In this document: piece by piece, positions 20,763 through 31,903 of the stretch | Layout of the letters: each line of letters starts with the position of its first letter | Numbering within the stretch: the stretch's first letter is position 1 | Assembly (NCBI GenBank): GCA_023334545.1 | Contig: JAADVB010000103.1 | Span: 1 to 59,199, forward strand | Reading direction: 5' to 3' | Length of the DNA stretch: 59,199 bases | Origin: Salisapilia sapeloensis CBS 127946 | Lineage: Eukaryota; Protista; Oomycota | Translations under genes and position numbers: made by a program | The notes under the pieces: model-generated | What the model was told of the DNA's origin: nothing | Database searches by the model: none | Seen by the model: the letters and a program-made list of their open reading frames with translations, nothing else

Positions 20763-23247
20763 ATGTCCGGCATCGATGAACCGATGGCGGCATCCAATCC
20801 GGATGCCGTCGACGATACCCCTGTGAAAGTCACACTCAGCTCTGACGATGACATGTCGTCTAGCTCGGATCCCTCCTCCTCGGACTCGGATTCGGATGAC
20901 TTGGACAATGAGAAGAGCGAGCCGATCGCGAATGAAGACAACAAGGCTACGTCTCCGTCATCTGACAAGTCCCAAATGACTTCCTCCGGTGTTCCAGATC
21001 AGTCGAAAAGCTCTGCCCGCCCGAACTATCTGCGCAACGGTCTCACTGGCAAAGCGGGTCGGTCTCCCCCAGACTCTGGGCAGGTGCATTCCGACGGTGC
21101 GATGAACCGATTTCGGGCTCAACAGAACAGTCGCGGCTCGAGTACGTTCCTCCCCCTCGGTACGAAGAAAAGGGATCGACGTACGATTGAGGAGATCCAG
21201 CGCGATATTCGAAATAAAAAGGAGAAGCAGTCATCTAGCTCGAATAACGACGGAGCGCAGAAGCCGAGTAAGACGAGTCCACCGCCTCGTACATCCCCCG
21301 TCGTCTCGCCAGAGTCGCATACAGGAGAAGCTCCACCTCCAGTTAGTGTGAACATGTCTCGACCACGCGCACCGAGAGGTCGATCGACATCGACGCGATC
21401 CCGACTAGAGAAGAAGGTGTTTGGTAGAGGAGGCGCCACGTCAGCATCTTCTCGAAACAAGGCGAAGAAGGCCCAGTCGTCGTCTGCTGGTATCGGCGGG
21501 ATGGTCACGAACATCTCGGATGGTACGGTCCACAGGCATGGCGTAGCGTCCTCCGCCACAGGAAAGACAGAAGCATCTTCCCATGACAACGGTACTTGTA
21601 TCTTGTCATGCCAAGGTCCTATCTCGATACTTACCGTTTGTATGCTTTGTAGGCTCGAATCCATCGACGACGCCCGAGCCCGGGAAGCCAGACGTAGCGG
21701 CTGGAGACAGCAAGCCGGACGCCAAGGCCGTCCGGTCTGTCCAAAGAGCCATGATCCGGTACGCGGACTTGTCGGAAGTCGGTTTGTATAAATTCGATGG
21801 TCGAGGGTCTCCCTCCAGTGCCTCGGACTCAACTGACAGCTTTGTCAGTCGCTCGAATCTTCCATCCTTGACCAAGCTATCGTCAGAGCGATTGGTGCAG
21901 ATCGCCAAGGACATGGCAAGTCGATGTCGCGACGGTGTCGAAGAGAAGCAGGATGTGGTCAAGTATGCTGATGTGGAACTGAAAGCTCCTTTTATGATCG
22001 AACGCATGTATGAGAATTTGAAATTGCGTCTAGCGATCCAGCGACTGTTACGAAAGTTTCATACGGACAGACCTCGGGATCTCGTGTCGAAGCACGAGTG
22101 TACGATCTCGGATTTCGATTTTAGTACCGAATGTCCAGCATGGAATTGGGCAGAGAAGGCACATCACTGGAACGCGAGGAAAGATGCTGCTTTGCTTATT
22201 GGTATCTACGTCCATGGCTTTGGTGGATGGGAAGATATGTTATACGACGACTCGCTCCATTTCGAACGCCAGCGAGCATTGAAAGGCGAGCGTTTAAAGA
22301 AACGCGCGGAGAACCTCGTCAAGAGGTTGTATGGTCCGAATGGAGAAGACGATCCACCGATCGTGCACAAGGCGGCGGCTTTGACAGCGTCCAAGTCGCA
22401 GCCGACGAACACTTCGCTTGGCGCCAAGCTCAGCGACATTATAAACAACGGTGGACATGGTAGTGCGAGCTCAGGCAAGTCGTCTCGGATGCAGAGAGCG
22501 GCTGATCGGTTCGCTGCGAGGCAGGAAGGGTCTGCACCGTCGCAGTCAGTGGATCCTGGCGACTCGATCCGTCGAGAGCATACGAAAGTCCAGGATGCAG
22601 CTAGAGGAGACGGTAGTAGTCGACAGAATAGGCACATAAGTAGTCAGCCGGGGAGTCCGGAGGAAGGAGAGGAGGAAGAGGGGGAGGCGTTGGTAGAGGA
22701 GACGCAGAAGGCTCCGAATGGACGTGAAGCATCTGCAGTTGATACCTCAAAGACAAAGCGAAAGCGTATGCATGGAGCAGGTGAAGAGAATGGGAAGATG
22801 GGAGGAGTATCTAGGAAGAAGGCGAAGCAGTCGAAAGAAAGTTCGAGTCAGAGAGAGGATACGCCTGTCGCGTTGACGGAAGATGAATTACGTGAAAAGT
22901 GGAGACCAAAGGATAAGCTCAAGCCGATTCGGAATGTGATGAAGAAGATGCGCGCGATGGAAAAATGGTCGAAAGGACAGAGTGATGAAGCAGTGGTGGA
23001 AAAGATGCTCAAGTACGTGACGGAGATTGGTGATATGATTGACAATTTGATTCGACAAGCCGATCCGGATGCGTCGAATGAGCATCGACTTGGTGTCCAG
23101 ACGCATCGCGAGTGGGATGAGCTTTGTAATGCCTTGTGGCAATTCGCAGCGAAGAACTCGTTGTTTGCCGCCGTCGACCTCGAGCAGCTTTATGACGATA
23201 TCTGTGCAGACGCTGCGGTTGCCCACGGCCATGATACGCAGTCGTGA
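20763..23247 (+). CDS. ATPase-less protein: low-complexity N-terminus + CHD1-type SANT-SLIDE + CHCT (DUF4208)-like domain (2 exons, ~807 aa)
   Basis: WNARKDAALLIGIYVHGFGGWEDMLYDDSL and GERLKKRAENLV match the Chd1 SLIDE; KLKPIRNVMKKM...VTEIGDMIDNLI...LWQFAAKNSLFAAVDLEQLY matches CHCT. Intron 21592-21652 joins the two ORFs in frame. Confidence 0.8.
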
Positions 23248-23430
23248 TCTGGTTTTCATAAATAGTTATTGGTTTGGTGAGAAGCGAGGTCTCTCGTGCC
23301 TTACGTTGCAGTCCAAGTTGAGGGGGAAGGATGAACGATTCAAAATATAGTCGAAAGTATTCCCATGTACATATTCTTGGAGCTAGACGTTACAAGTATC
23401 AGGTTGAGTGTTTCAACCGTTTGAACAGAC

Positions 23431-25315
23431 ATGGGCAGCACGAATGTGGTAGGTGGGGAGGATGAGCTGCAGCTGAAGGAGCATGTAACGAAAGTGTTGA
23501 TGCAAGAAGGAGTGCTAGCTAGTCTTAAGGTGAGGGAGGTACTCGTGGTTTCGTAGGTGTATGGTAGTGAAGTGCATGGTGCGTAGGCTCAGTTGCGCGC
23601 TGCTGTCTTTCGTGTGATGAGCGAGTATGAAAGCCCAGAGGAAGGGAAGAGCAAAACGAAGGAATTGGCACGGTTTGAAGAGCATGGAGAAGCTGCGCTA
23701 GAACTTGTATTTGACTTTCTTAGATACTTTGGATGGGAGTACACGGCAGGCGTCATGTCCGAAGAGTCTGGCGTGAACAATTTTAAACATGATGTAGAAG
23801 ATGTTGCTCATCGTCTCGGACTGGGCGCCAGGTCAGCTGATGTACCGTTGCTCATTCAACTCTTACAGCAAAGGTCATCCAAACCAAGTTTCCATGATGC
23901 TAAGGGTCATGCTCGTGAGCTAAACGACAATCAGTCGAGCACGGAAATGCATGAGGTCAAGTACTCGGAAGTGTCTAATGCAAGTTACCATTCAAGTCGG
24001 AAAGAAGTCGCAGTAGAGCAGCTGCCTGATGCTTTAGAGGTTGTCCTTGCATCTGATCGAGTTGCATCATCGGAGTCAGTTTCCAAAGCACGAGAGGATA
24101 CAAAAGGGGAAGAGGAAGAAGAGTCTGCTGAAATCGAAAGTGGGTCAGAGCTAGCCGAATCGATTGAAGAAGAAAGTGTACAGTACGAAAGCGAAGGCAG
24201 TGAGCATCCATATCAGCAATATGATGAGACGATAGCAACGAAAGATGCTGTGGAAGCTACCACGACGGAGCCGGACACGGACAATTACTTGAAGGATTTG
24301 GAAAAAGAGGTTGGTCAAAGCGCATTGGAAACGACAGAAGAGGATATGTTCATGGCTCCACCTCCTATCCCATCAGCATTGCCATCTTTGTCCCCACTCA
24401 AGATGCTGAGTCAGCATGACGAGGGCGTTCAAGAAAGCAAGTACGATCCGCTGGATAGTCTACTGGACAGCGATGAAGCCGGAAATATGGAAGCGGACTT
24501 GGAAGAGGAGAAAGTAGATGAGACAGAAGAAGTGCTATCGGATGGAGTAGACCAGGTATGATGCTTCTTCTGACATACAGCAATCGCCACAACAGAACGC
24601 TTAATTCTGGCAACAGGATCATGAGGAGGATATCGGAGAGATGGAAGTAGATGAGACAGAAGTACTATCGGATGGAGTAGACCAGGTATATTGCTTCTTC
24701 TGACAAACACCAATCGTCATGACGAAAGTCAATTCTGCTAGCAGGAGAATGAAGAAGATGTGGAAGCCCAACTAAATATGCTAGATGCAAAACTCCGGGC
24801 AATGGAGGAAGAGGACACGACTGGAACATTGCAAAAACTAAAGGCATCATTGGAAGTGAGCAATGATAGCGAAACAAAGTTGAGTGGATTGAATGAGGAA
24901 CGTGAGGACGAAAGGACGGATAGGAAAGAGTGGCAGACGGCTGGCGTCATGGATGCCGACGACGACGAGAGTAAGCGCAGGGATAGTAAGATAGAATCTA
25001 CTTCAATACGTGTGCAGAGCGACAAAGAAAGCGATGACGCTGATGCGTACGGTAGCGATTTTGAGGAAGAGGAAGAAATCGCTAGGTAATCTCCATCTGA
25101 CAAGTCTGATGCAAGACGATGCTGACTATGATTTGGATGAGTGTAGCGAAGTATCCGAGGAGGAGATCGAGGCAATGGCTGAATCCTTGGAAGATCAGAA
25201 TACTGAACAAGAAGAGGAAGAAGAACTGTCAAAGCTACAACCAATGCCCGCACGAGAAGGTCGGGTGGATGCATTAGAAGGATACGACTATGTTGAAAGT
25301 GTAGAGCGTGTCTGA
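23431..25315 (+). CDS. CEP43: FOP/FGFR1OP (CEP43)-like LisH centrosomal/basal-body protein, 5 exons (~548 aa)
   Basis: GVLASLKAQLRAAVF and ELVFDFLRYFGWEYTAGVMSEES (FOP dimer/LisH); acidic middle; C-terminal YDYVESVE. Exons 23431-23529, 23587-24555, 24617-24685, 24745-25085, 25147-25315. Confidence 0.8.
24512..24759 (+). repeat. Tandem duplication (~130 bp period) of an exon 3' end + intron + next exon start
   Basis: aagtagatgagacaga...ctatcggatggagtagaccag|gtat..tgcttcttctgaca occurs at 24512 and 24645; donors at 24556 and 24686. Confidence 0.9.
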
Positions 25316-25395
25316 TTTATGGCAAAATCATAGCATTGTCATTGACTTTGATCAACGTAAAGCTTGATGCAACTCTTTTCACGCATACAGTTTGC

Positions 25396-25965
25396 CTACT
25401 TGTCTTTCGATATTTCCTTGGATACATCTCTTCCGAGCAATCGAGACGCAAGCTTTGTGTCCTGGAAGCACTCGGGATGAACGAAAAAATTGTCTCCATT
25501 AGCACTGAAATTGATCATTGGATGCATAGACTTTTCCGGAGGTCCAACCTGCGAGAGTAGAAACTCGTGCGTAGTTGGTCGAGCAAATAGGGAGACAGTC
25601 TCGATAGTGACTGTGGTATCTTCGCTGGATTCCTCAAGCCACATCTTTGTGACGTACGGCTTAAAGAGGTAGTGGAAGAGGGACGTCGTGCCCACGCCAA
25701 AGAACACAACGGTGCCACACATGGCCCACTTGCCGGCCATAGAAGTGGATTGTTCACTAATAGTGCACAGGATAGGCATACCTATGCTCGTGAGAGTGCA
25801 CGACGTCACGGATACACCCTTCATAAGGCGCACGGCGCGAGACATGGGCGCTTCGTACACAGGCGCTGGCACTCCATCCGTGGACGTGGAGAAAGCAGTC
25901 ACACGCGTGGGTTGGTAGCGGCATACAGCACGCGCACGAAGACAAGTCGCTCGCATCATATTCAT
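25396..25965 (-). CDS. TMEM70: TMEM70-family mitochondrial ATP synthase assembly factor
   Basis: Presequence-like N-terminus; VYEAPMSRAVRLMKGVSVTS, TTSLFHYLFKPYV, TIETVSLFAR. Confidence 0.8.
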   Translation of the reverse strand: MNMMRATCLRARAVCRYQPTRVTAFSTSTDGVPAPVYEAPMSRAVRLMKGVSVTSCTLTSIGMPILCTISEQSTSMAGKWAMCGTVVFFGVGTTSLFHYLFKPYVTKMWLEESSEDTTVTIETVSLFARPTTHEFLLSQVGPPEKSMHPMINFSANGDNFFVHPECFQDTKLASRLLGRDVSKEISKDK

Positions 25966-26615
25966 TTGTTGGTTGTCACGTGTCCTGCTCGCTCGCAACG
26001 TACTCTTTCTGCTCCAATCACAGATGTTTGTTGCTGATGTAGATTTAGTTGACACTTCGTCCCACTGTTTATACACACGGTATTGCGATCGTAGAATAGG
26101 CAAAAGCAATGTGGCACAAATACAAATTTGCTCGGCGTTCCTCGTCCTCTTCCTGTTTCTCTTATAGTCAAATAGCTTAGGTAGCGTACTGTAGTTGGCT
26201 TCTTCCACCCTGCCATCTCGTAGGATAATCTAGTTGGCAAGAGAAGTGGCGAAAGGATAGAACTCAGTCAAGTATATTGCATATCGAGTGTCGTCCGGCC
26301 ATACGATGCGACTTTCAATACGCCATCAGCGGCTTGGACCAGGTACCGCCGACAGCGCCACTATGTGTGCCTGGTATTGTACAAGCGGCAGGCCATACTT
26401 GACATACAATCGAAATTGCTATCTTACGCCGAATTTATCTTAGGTACATACGTCGTGTATCTGTGATCCGGAGGTCGAAAACGCTGGAAAAAACGTACGA
26501 TCACGAGGCCGAGGGATTCGATTTTTACCGTCGTACCTATATCCTTGCATCACAATTCCCGTCACTTGCGCCAGCGCTCCCTTCGACAGACGAGGGAAAA
26601 TTAGTTATCGCGTTC

Positions 26616-28199
26616 ATGGATGCGTCTCGCCAAAACGAAACGCAGCAACCGCCGCTAAAACAGCGAGTATTCAGCCTCAAGAGCATGCCCCACAACAACC
26701 TTCGGCCGCCGCCATCCTACTTGTCTCCCTACTTGACGAGGTTCGATTCACCCCTGTCGGTCCAGTCGACACCGACAACGATCACGCCGTCCGAGCTACA
26801 CTGTAGTAGCGACCACGACGCCAATAGCGCCGTCGGTACTAGTCCGAACACAGTTCTGTCCGTCCCGCGTCCTTCCTTTTGTCTACCAAGCTACGCCCAT
26901 CCGGGTACCTCGACGAAAATTCCATCGATACACCTGGACACTGGTCGATCCACGGCTTCTCTCGCGACGCCAATGCACCAGTGTCTTCGAGAGACCAGTC
27001 AAGCCATGGGAAACGCCCAGCCTGAACTTCCCTCCGATGACCATGAACAAAAGCAAATGGCATCGCTCTCGTCCGATTTGCAACCGAATCACTTTCCTGA
27101 CCTCCAACAGACGAAAATTGAAGGTGGGAACGAACCATGTCAGCACTACATGTGTCCGAACCGTGCGCGTGTCTCCCAAGCCTACGGGAACTTTTGCAAC
27201 CGCCACATAATCTTCGCGCCGTGCGGTTTTCCGAGCTGTCGCGATCGGGCAACGGAAGACTCGGTGATGTGCAGGAAGCATTTGGAACTAGGACAAGAGG
27301 CGCTACACGAGGTACTGAACGCCCGCCCGCCAAACGTCCCTGTGTGCAAGCAGTACGGGTGCTTCAAGAACGATCAAGGGAGGGGATACTGTCGCGGCCA
27401 TGAGAAGCTCTTGATGGCAAGTGGGAAACTATCTTCTGGCATCAACCGCCGTCGACTGAATAGCGCATACACTATGTGTAGCTACCCTGGTTGTGCGAAG
27501 CACTCTCAGCGCCACCACTTGTGCCGTACGCATGGAAATTTGTTGATGCGGCAGGCGGAAGAGATGGCTAAAGAGGACGGTACCAAGTCGTATGATGACA
27601 TTCTCGAGCAACTGCAGAAGGACATTCGCCAATGCACGCACCCGAACTGTACGAAAAACTCGCAACGAGACCGACTATGTACCTACCACTACCTCGAACG
27701 ACACAAGCATGAGGATGGAGGAGACGACGTGATAGGCGAGCCAGCGATGGCGACGTCCGTGTCTGCCGCCAACACTCTGCTCTGTCGTTCTATGTCGGAA
27801 GGACAATCGCATGAACAAGGACGAGATGGAGGGTACATAAAGCCCCCTTCGTTAGCTCCGCTATCGACACAAGCGTATTGGCTGCAAGACACTCGCTTCC
27901 CGTCGCCTGCCGTCCGTGCGATGCATGTCGGACCGCAGTCGACACCGTACTTGCATCCCGTGGACATCAAGAGTGCTGGTGTGGCACGAGACCCGACGCA
28001 TACGGCTCCGGAGGTATCTCGACTCAAGGCCGAGATGGAGTGCAGTGCATGTGGCTGCCGTGACGTCGCTTGTTCGAATGATCACTTGTGCTCTTCCTGC
28101 CGAGGCGTGAATGGCAAGCGCCTTCGTGATGACCGGACGAATGTCGAGACAAAGTGTCAACGTCGACGACAGGAGATGGACGACGGGCGACAGTCGTAA
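26616..28199 (+). CDS. Putative transcription factor with tandem C-x4-C-x9..13-C-x2-H repeats (WRKY19-like zinc-finger repeats)
   Basis: Five repeats between 27138 and ~27690, e.g. CSYPGCAKHSQRHHLCRTH and CTHPNCTKNSQRDRLCTYH. Start placed at MDASRQ; the ORF is open from 26463. Confidence 0.75.
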   Translation: MDASRQNETQQPPLKQRVFSLKSMPHNNLRPPPSYLSPYLTRFDSPLSVQSTPTTITPSELHCSSDHDANSAVGTSPNTVLSVPRPSFCLPSYAHPGTSTKIPSIHLDTGRSTASLATPMHQCLRETSQAMGNAQPELPSDDHEQKQMASLSSDLQPNHFPDLQQTKIEGGNEPCQHYMCPNRARVSQAYGNFCNRHIIFAPCGFPSCRDRATEDSVMCRKHLELGQEALHEVLNARPPNVPVCKQYGCFKNDQGRGYCRGHEKLLMASGKLSSGINRRRLNSAYTMCSYPGCAKHSQRHHLCRTHGNLLMRQAEEMAKEDGTKSYDDILEQLQKDIRQCTHPNCTKNSQRDRLCTYHYLERHKHEDGGDDVIGEPAMATSVSAANTLLCRSMSEGQSHEQGRDGGYIKPPSLAPLSTQAYWLQDTRFPSPAVRAMHVGPQSTPYLHPVDIKSAGVARDPTHTAPEVSRLKAEMECSACGCRDVACSNDHLCSSCRGVNGKRLRDDRTNVETKCQRRRQEMDDGRQS

Positions 28200-28334
28200 A
28201 GAAAGACGGATGCGTTATATGTGGCAAAAGTGATACAAATGTACGAGGTTGAACAGTTGGATAGGTACGAACGGTAGCACTTGTTCCATCTTCATGCGTC
28301 TTGTCTTTCCATTAACTCTCTCTCTTCGACAGCG

Positions 28335-29932
28335 CTAAATAATGCTATGACCAAAGATAAAGCGCAGGATTTGCAAGTACGTGCTCTTGATGTGTGCTGG
28401 TGGGCTGGACATGATGAGAGCCATGGACACGCAGAAGAGAGCAGTTTCGCTATGTCGGACGTAGCGGACGATGCCACGTTCCTTGAGCATCCGCCAGATA
28501 ATGTCCAAGGCTCGAGGAAAGCAGTAGAGCATGAGTTCCAGTCGGCGTTTCGGGTGCTCAAAGAAGAGCGTGAAGCCTGTACCGAGCTATAGGATATCGA
28601 TATGAGATTAGCATATGTGGTAGGTAGAAAGGAGGTTGGTAGACGTACTCCTGCCAGCCATGTCTCGCAGAGGTAGTCCTGTTGGAACGTGTTGCGGATG
28701 GTGCAGATGATGAGTTTCATCAGTGTCTACACCAGTCTGTTAGAAGCATGTAGCACTTGTATCGGCAGTAGCTAGACCTGGTAGGAAGTGAGGAAGGAAG
28801 AGGAACGGAGAGTAGCAAAGGACGTGTCGTAGATGAACTTGAACGGTCGCTCTCGAAGCTGTTGCGACCGGAAGATGAGAGCCGGGAGAACGTGGACTGG
28901 AGTGTAGAGCTGCATGGCCCTACCTAAGCCTCCTGCCCACGTCTTGACCGAGTGAGTCATGCAAGAGTCCATGTGGTAGTGCGGCTGGCACGGACGGAAC
29001 GGAAGTGGATTGCCATCGCTATCCACATCTCCACGTGCCATCGCTCCGACTGTGTACTCGATCCCGTTCGTCGTCACGCTTCCCATGTTCGCGATCCACT
29101 GGCGGTATCCCTATGATTAGGAGGTTATCGAAGAGCCAAAATCGATCATTACGACGTCACTACCTTTTCCACGAGTTCCGGACGAGCGATGAAGGCGTAC
29201 ATGATGAATGCATTGCTAAGGCCAAAGAGCGTTTCGCTCGAATACTTCCAGTCCGGAATGGCTTTGACGGCCGTCAAGTGGCGACCGACAATGTCGAGCA
29301 TACGAACGAAGATGTAGAGCGAGATGGTGCTTCGTCGAGACGGTGAGTCCAGGAGCATGGTGAGTCCAGAGATACCACCTGCAATGGCGAGATTTGTCCG
29401 GTCCTTTTGACTGCGCATGGCACGGAGTGAGAGCTCCGAGACGCGGAAGACGCCGACGAGACTGCCGAGGAAGGCACTGAAGCGCAGTGTGTCCGGTCGA
29501 ACGAGTAGTCGGACGGCATCTGCGTAGCCATACTCGATGCTATTCCACTTGCGAGAAGCCAGTAGGATGGCTGTCAGTCCTTTAGCTCCATACGCGAACA
29601 ACCCAGCTATGTATCTAATAAGTACATGGCCGATCTCGATCTACCTCTAGTACAATACTACCTCTTAAAGCAGCTCGGACGGAAGACTTTAATTCCCGTA
29701 TGACTGTGTCTGCATCCAGCTCTACATACACGGGCGTAGGATCCTCTACACGTTCCTCCTCACCGACTGGAGGCTTCTCGTCGTCATCGCCGTCACGTCC
29801 TGTTGGAAACTGCCATTCATCCTGATCTTGCTTCTCATGTGCTGCATTATGTCGCTCAAGCGTTTCTTTCGTGAGCTCGGCCGATTGCCGGTCGTACCGA
29901 GTGGAAAAGAGTGCCGAGTACACTCGTTCCAT
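28335..29932 (-). CDS. TMEM135: TMEM135-family membrane protein (multi-exon)
   Basis: LRFSAFLGSLVGVFR, AIAGGISG, STISLYIFVR, LYTPVHVLPALIF, FEHPKRRLELMLYCFPRAL; exons joined by short GT-AG introns (e.g. 29607-29661). Confidence 0.85.
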
Positions 29933-30032
29933 GTCACCTATACTTCCGAGCGGCTGTGGCAGATGTGTAGCAAGGCCCTGTGATCCGTGATATTACACTT
30001 CAAGGGGAACGAGACTTCTTTAAGACGATTTG

Positions 30033-31540
30033 ATGCCCCCGTTTGCGATCACCTCGGCTGTAGGCCTCGGCTTCTTGCAAGCCTTTTCCTTCGGGATATT
30101 GGCTCCCATGCTGTCCATTGCACAGACAGAGTACTTTGCTAGAGCGTATAATGGTGGTGTGTACATTGACTGTGGCAAGTTTCCGCATACGGATGCCTGT
30201 CGCTATGGCTCGACGCAAGCCAGTTGGACGTCTAGTATCTGTTCTAGTGGTGGATCGATTGTCATGGTGCTCTTGTCCCCGATCATCGGCCAGGCGTCGG
30301 ATGTGTATGGACGCAGACCGTTCTTGATTGTGAGTCAGTGGCTACGTCTTGGTATCCCATTCTCTGTTGTCCTCTTCTTGCAATGGCAAGGTCCAATTGC
30401 ACCGTTCTACATCCTTCGCTTCATCGACAGTGCCTTTGGTACCATCAGTGTCTTCAGTGCATACGTCGCTGATCTCGTGAGCGTAAAGAATCGTGCAGCA
30501 GCCTTCGGTTTGCTGTCCGCTTCTCGGATCGTCGGCTTTTGCGTGAGCTCTGGTCTAGCCCCACTCTTTGCTCGCTCTCATTTACTTCATATTGCTGCTG
30601 TCATTTTCGTTCTTCGAGTTATCTGGGCTACCTTCTTCTTACCGGAGTCCTTGTCGGCGGAAAAACGAAGTATGAAGACTTTCCGGTCCATTGAGCATCC
30701 GATTCGCGGCATGGCCATTCTCGGTCGATCTCAGCTCTTCCGACGCTTAACTTGTCTCATTGCGCTCACCACGTTCATCGCGAGTGGGCTCTCCCAGATC
30801 CAAATGTTCTTCCTTAATACCGTCATCGGCTTTGATGCGAACGACCTCGCTCACATCATGCTTCTGGGCGGCATCATCTCGATCTTCTCTCAAACTTTCT
30901 TGTTGAAACCTGCTATGGACAGTGTGCATGAAAAAGGATGTATCGTGATTGGCATGTTCTGCAATATCTTCCAGTGCCTCGGCTTTGCCGTTAGTGCCAT
31001 CTATCCATACAAGTGGATCATCTTCGCTTCTTCGCTCTCTGACCTCGGCTCCTTTTCATTTGCTGCCATCTCGTCTCTCAAATCGATCAATTGTTCACCT
31101 GAGGTACGTTGAATGCAGTTTGGAGCTACCTCTTGCTTCGAACAGACCTCGTATGTAGACGCTAAATGTGTTGTGCTTCGTAGGAACAAGGACGGTTGCA
31201 AGGAGCGATCTACGGTGCTCGAGCGATCTTCGATGCCATTGGTTCCATCATCTTTGCAGCCTTGTATTCACTCATGGAAGGGAACTCGGTGTACGCGCGC
31301 ATGCTGCCGTTCATTATCTCGATTGTACTCTACTTTGTATGCATTTACGTTGCTCAGACACTGCCAGTCGGACCGTCGAATAAGCATCCGCCGCCATCAC
31401 CATCTTTCGCCGAGTCGTTTTGGGCGCTGTACGATGTGGAACCGGATTATGAAAGCTATTCTTCCGACGATGATGACGATAGCAAGCCTACGGATGCTCT
31501 TCTACCAGATTACTCTAGCGAGTCTATTAAGGATGTCTAA
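30033..31540 (+). CDS. MFSD14: MFS transporter, HIAT1/MFSD14-like (2 exons)
   Basis: MFS motif A PIIGQASDVYGRRPFL, SAYVADL...RAAAFG, EEQGRLQGAIYG; intron 31104-31183. Confidence 0.85.
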
Positions 31541-31903
31541 ATCAAAATATATCATGTGCTTATCGAAAAAGTTAGTAGAGGGATGAAGGGTGAATGGAAA
31601 ACGTATCATGCATAAGACAGACTACAGCTTCGATGAATATTTTATTTTTCTAATGATGGCAATGAAGTCTGCATCCTAAAAGGAGAGTCTATATATAAAT
31701 GTGCATATATGGACGAAGATGCATGAGGTAGCTAACGCTATCTTGGCTCCTATGCCTTCGTGAGATAAAGATTGGAAGGACTACTATCATCATGTAGCGA
31801 AGCGATTATTTCACTAGCCATAAGGTCACTACTACCGCCATCTTACAACACATTTTCGTATTCACAAGTAGTAAATTTGTTCATTTGTTCCGCTTTTGTC
31901 CTA

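Noticed and set aside
17595-20763. Cis-splicing of the CHD ATPase gene to the SANT-SLIDE/CHCT gene as one transcript
   Set aside because: Would need a >3 kb intron containing two intact genes, against modelled introns that are all under 100 nt; the CHD gene has its own stop and the second gene its own start.
25086-25146. Apparent frameshift or 19-nt intron near the FOP 3' end (ORFs 24760..25089 and 25010..25315 in different frames)
   Set aside because: A normal 61-nt GT-AG intron (25086-25146) joins them in frame (EEEIAS|EVSEEE), so no anomaly is needed.
26738-26760. tRNA T-loop-like GGTTCGATTC
   Set aside because: No acceptor stem, D-arm or anticodon arm upstream; lies inside a coding exon.
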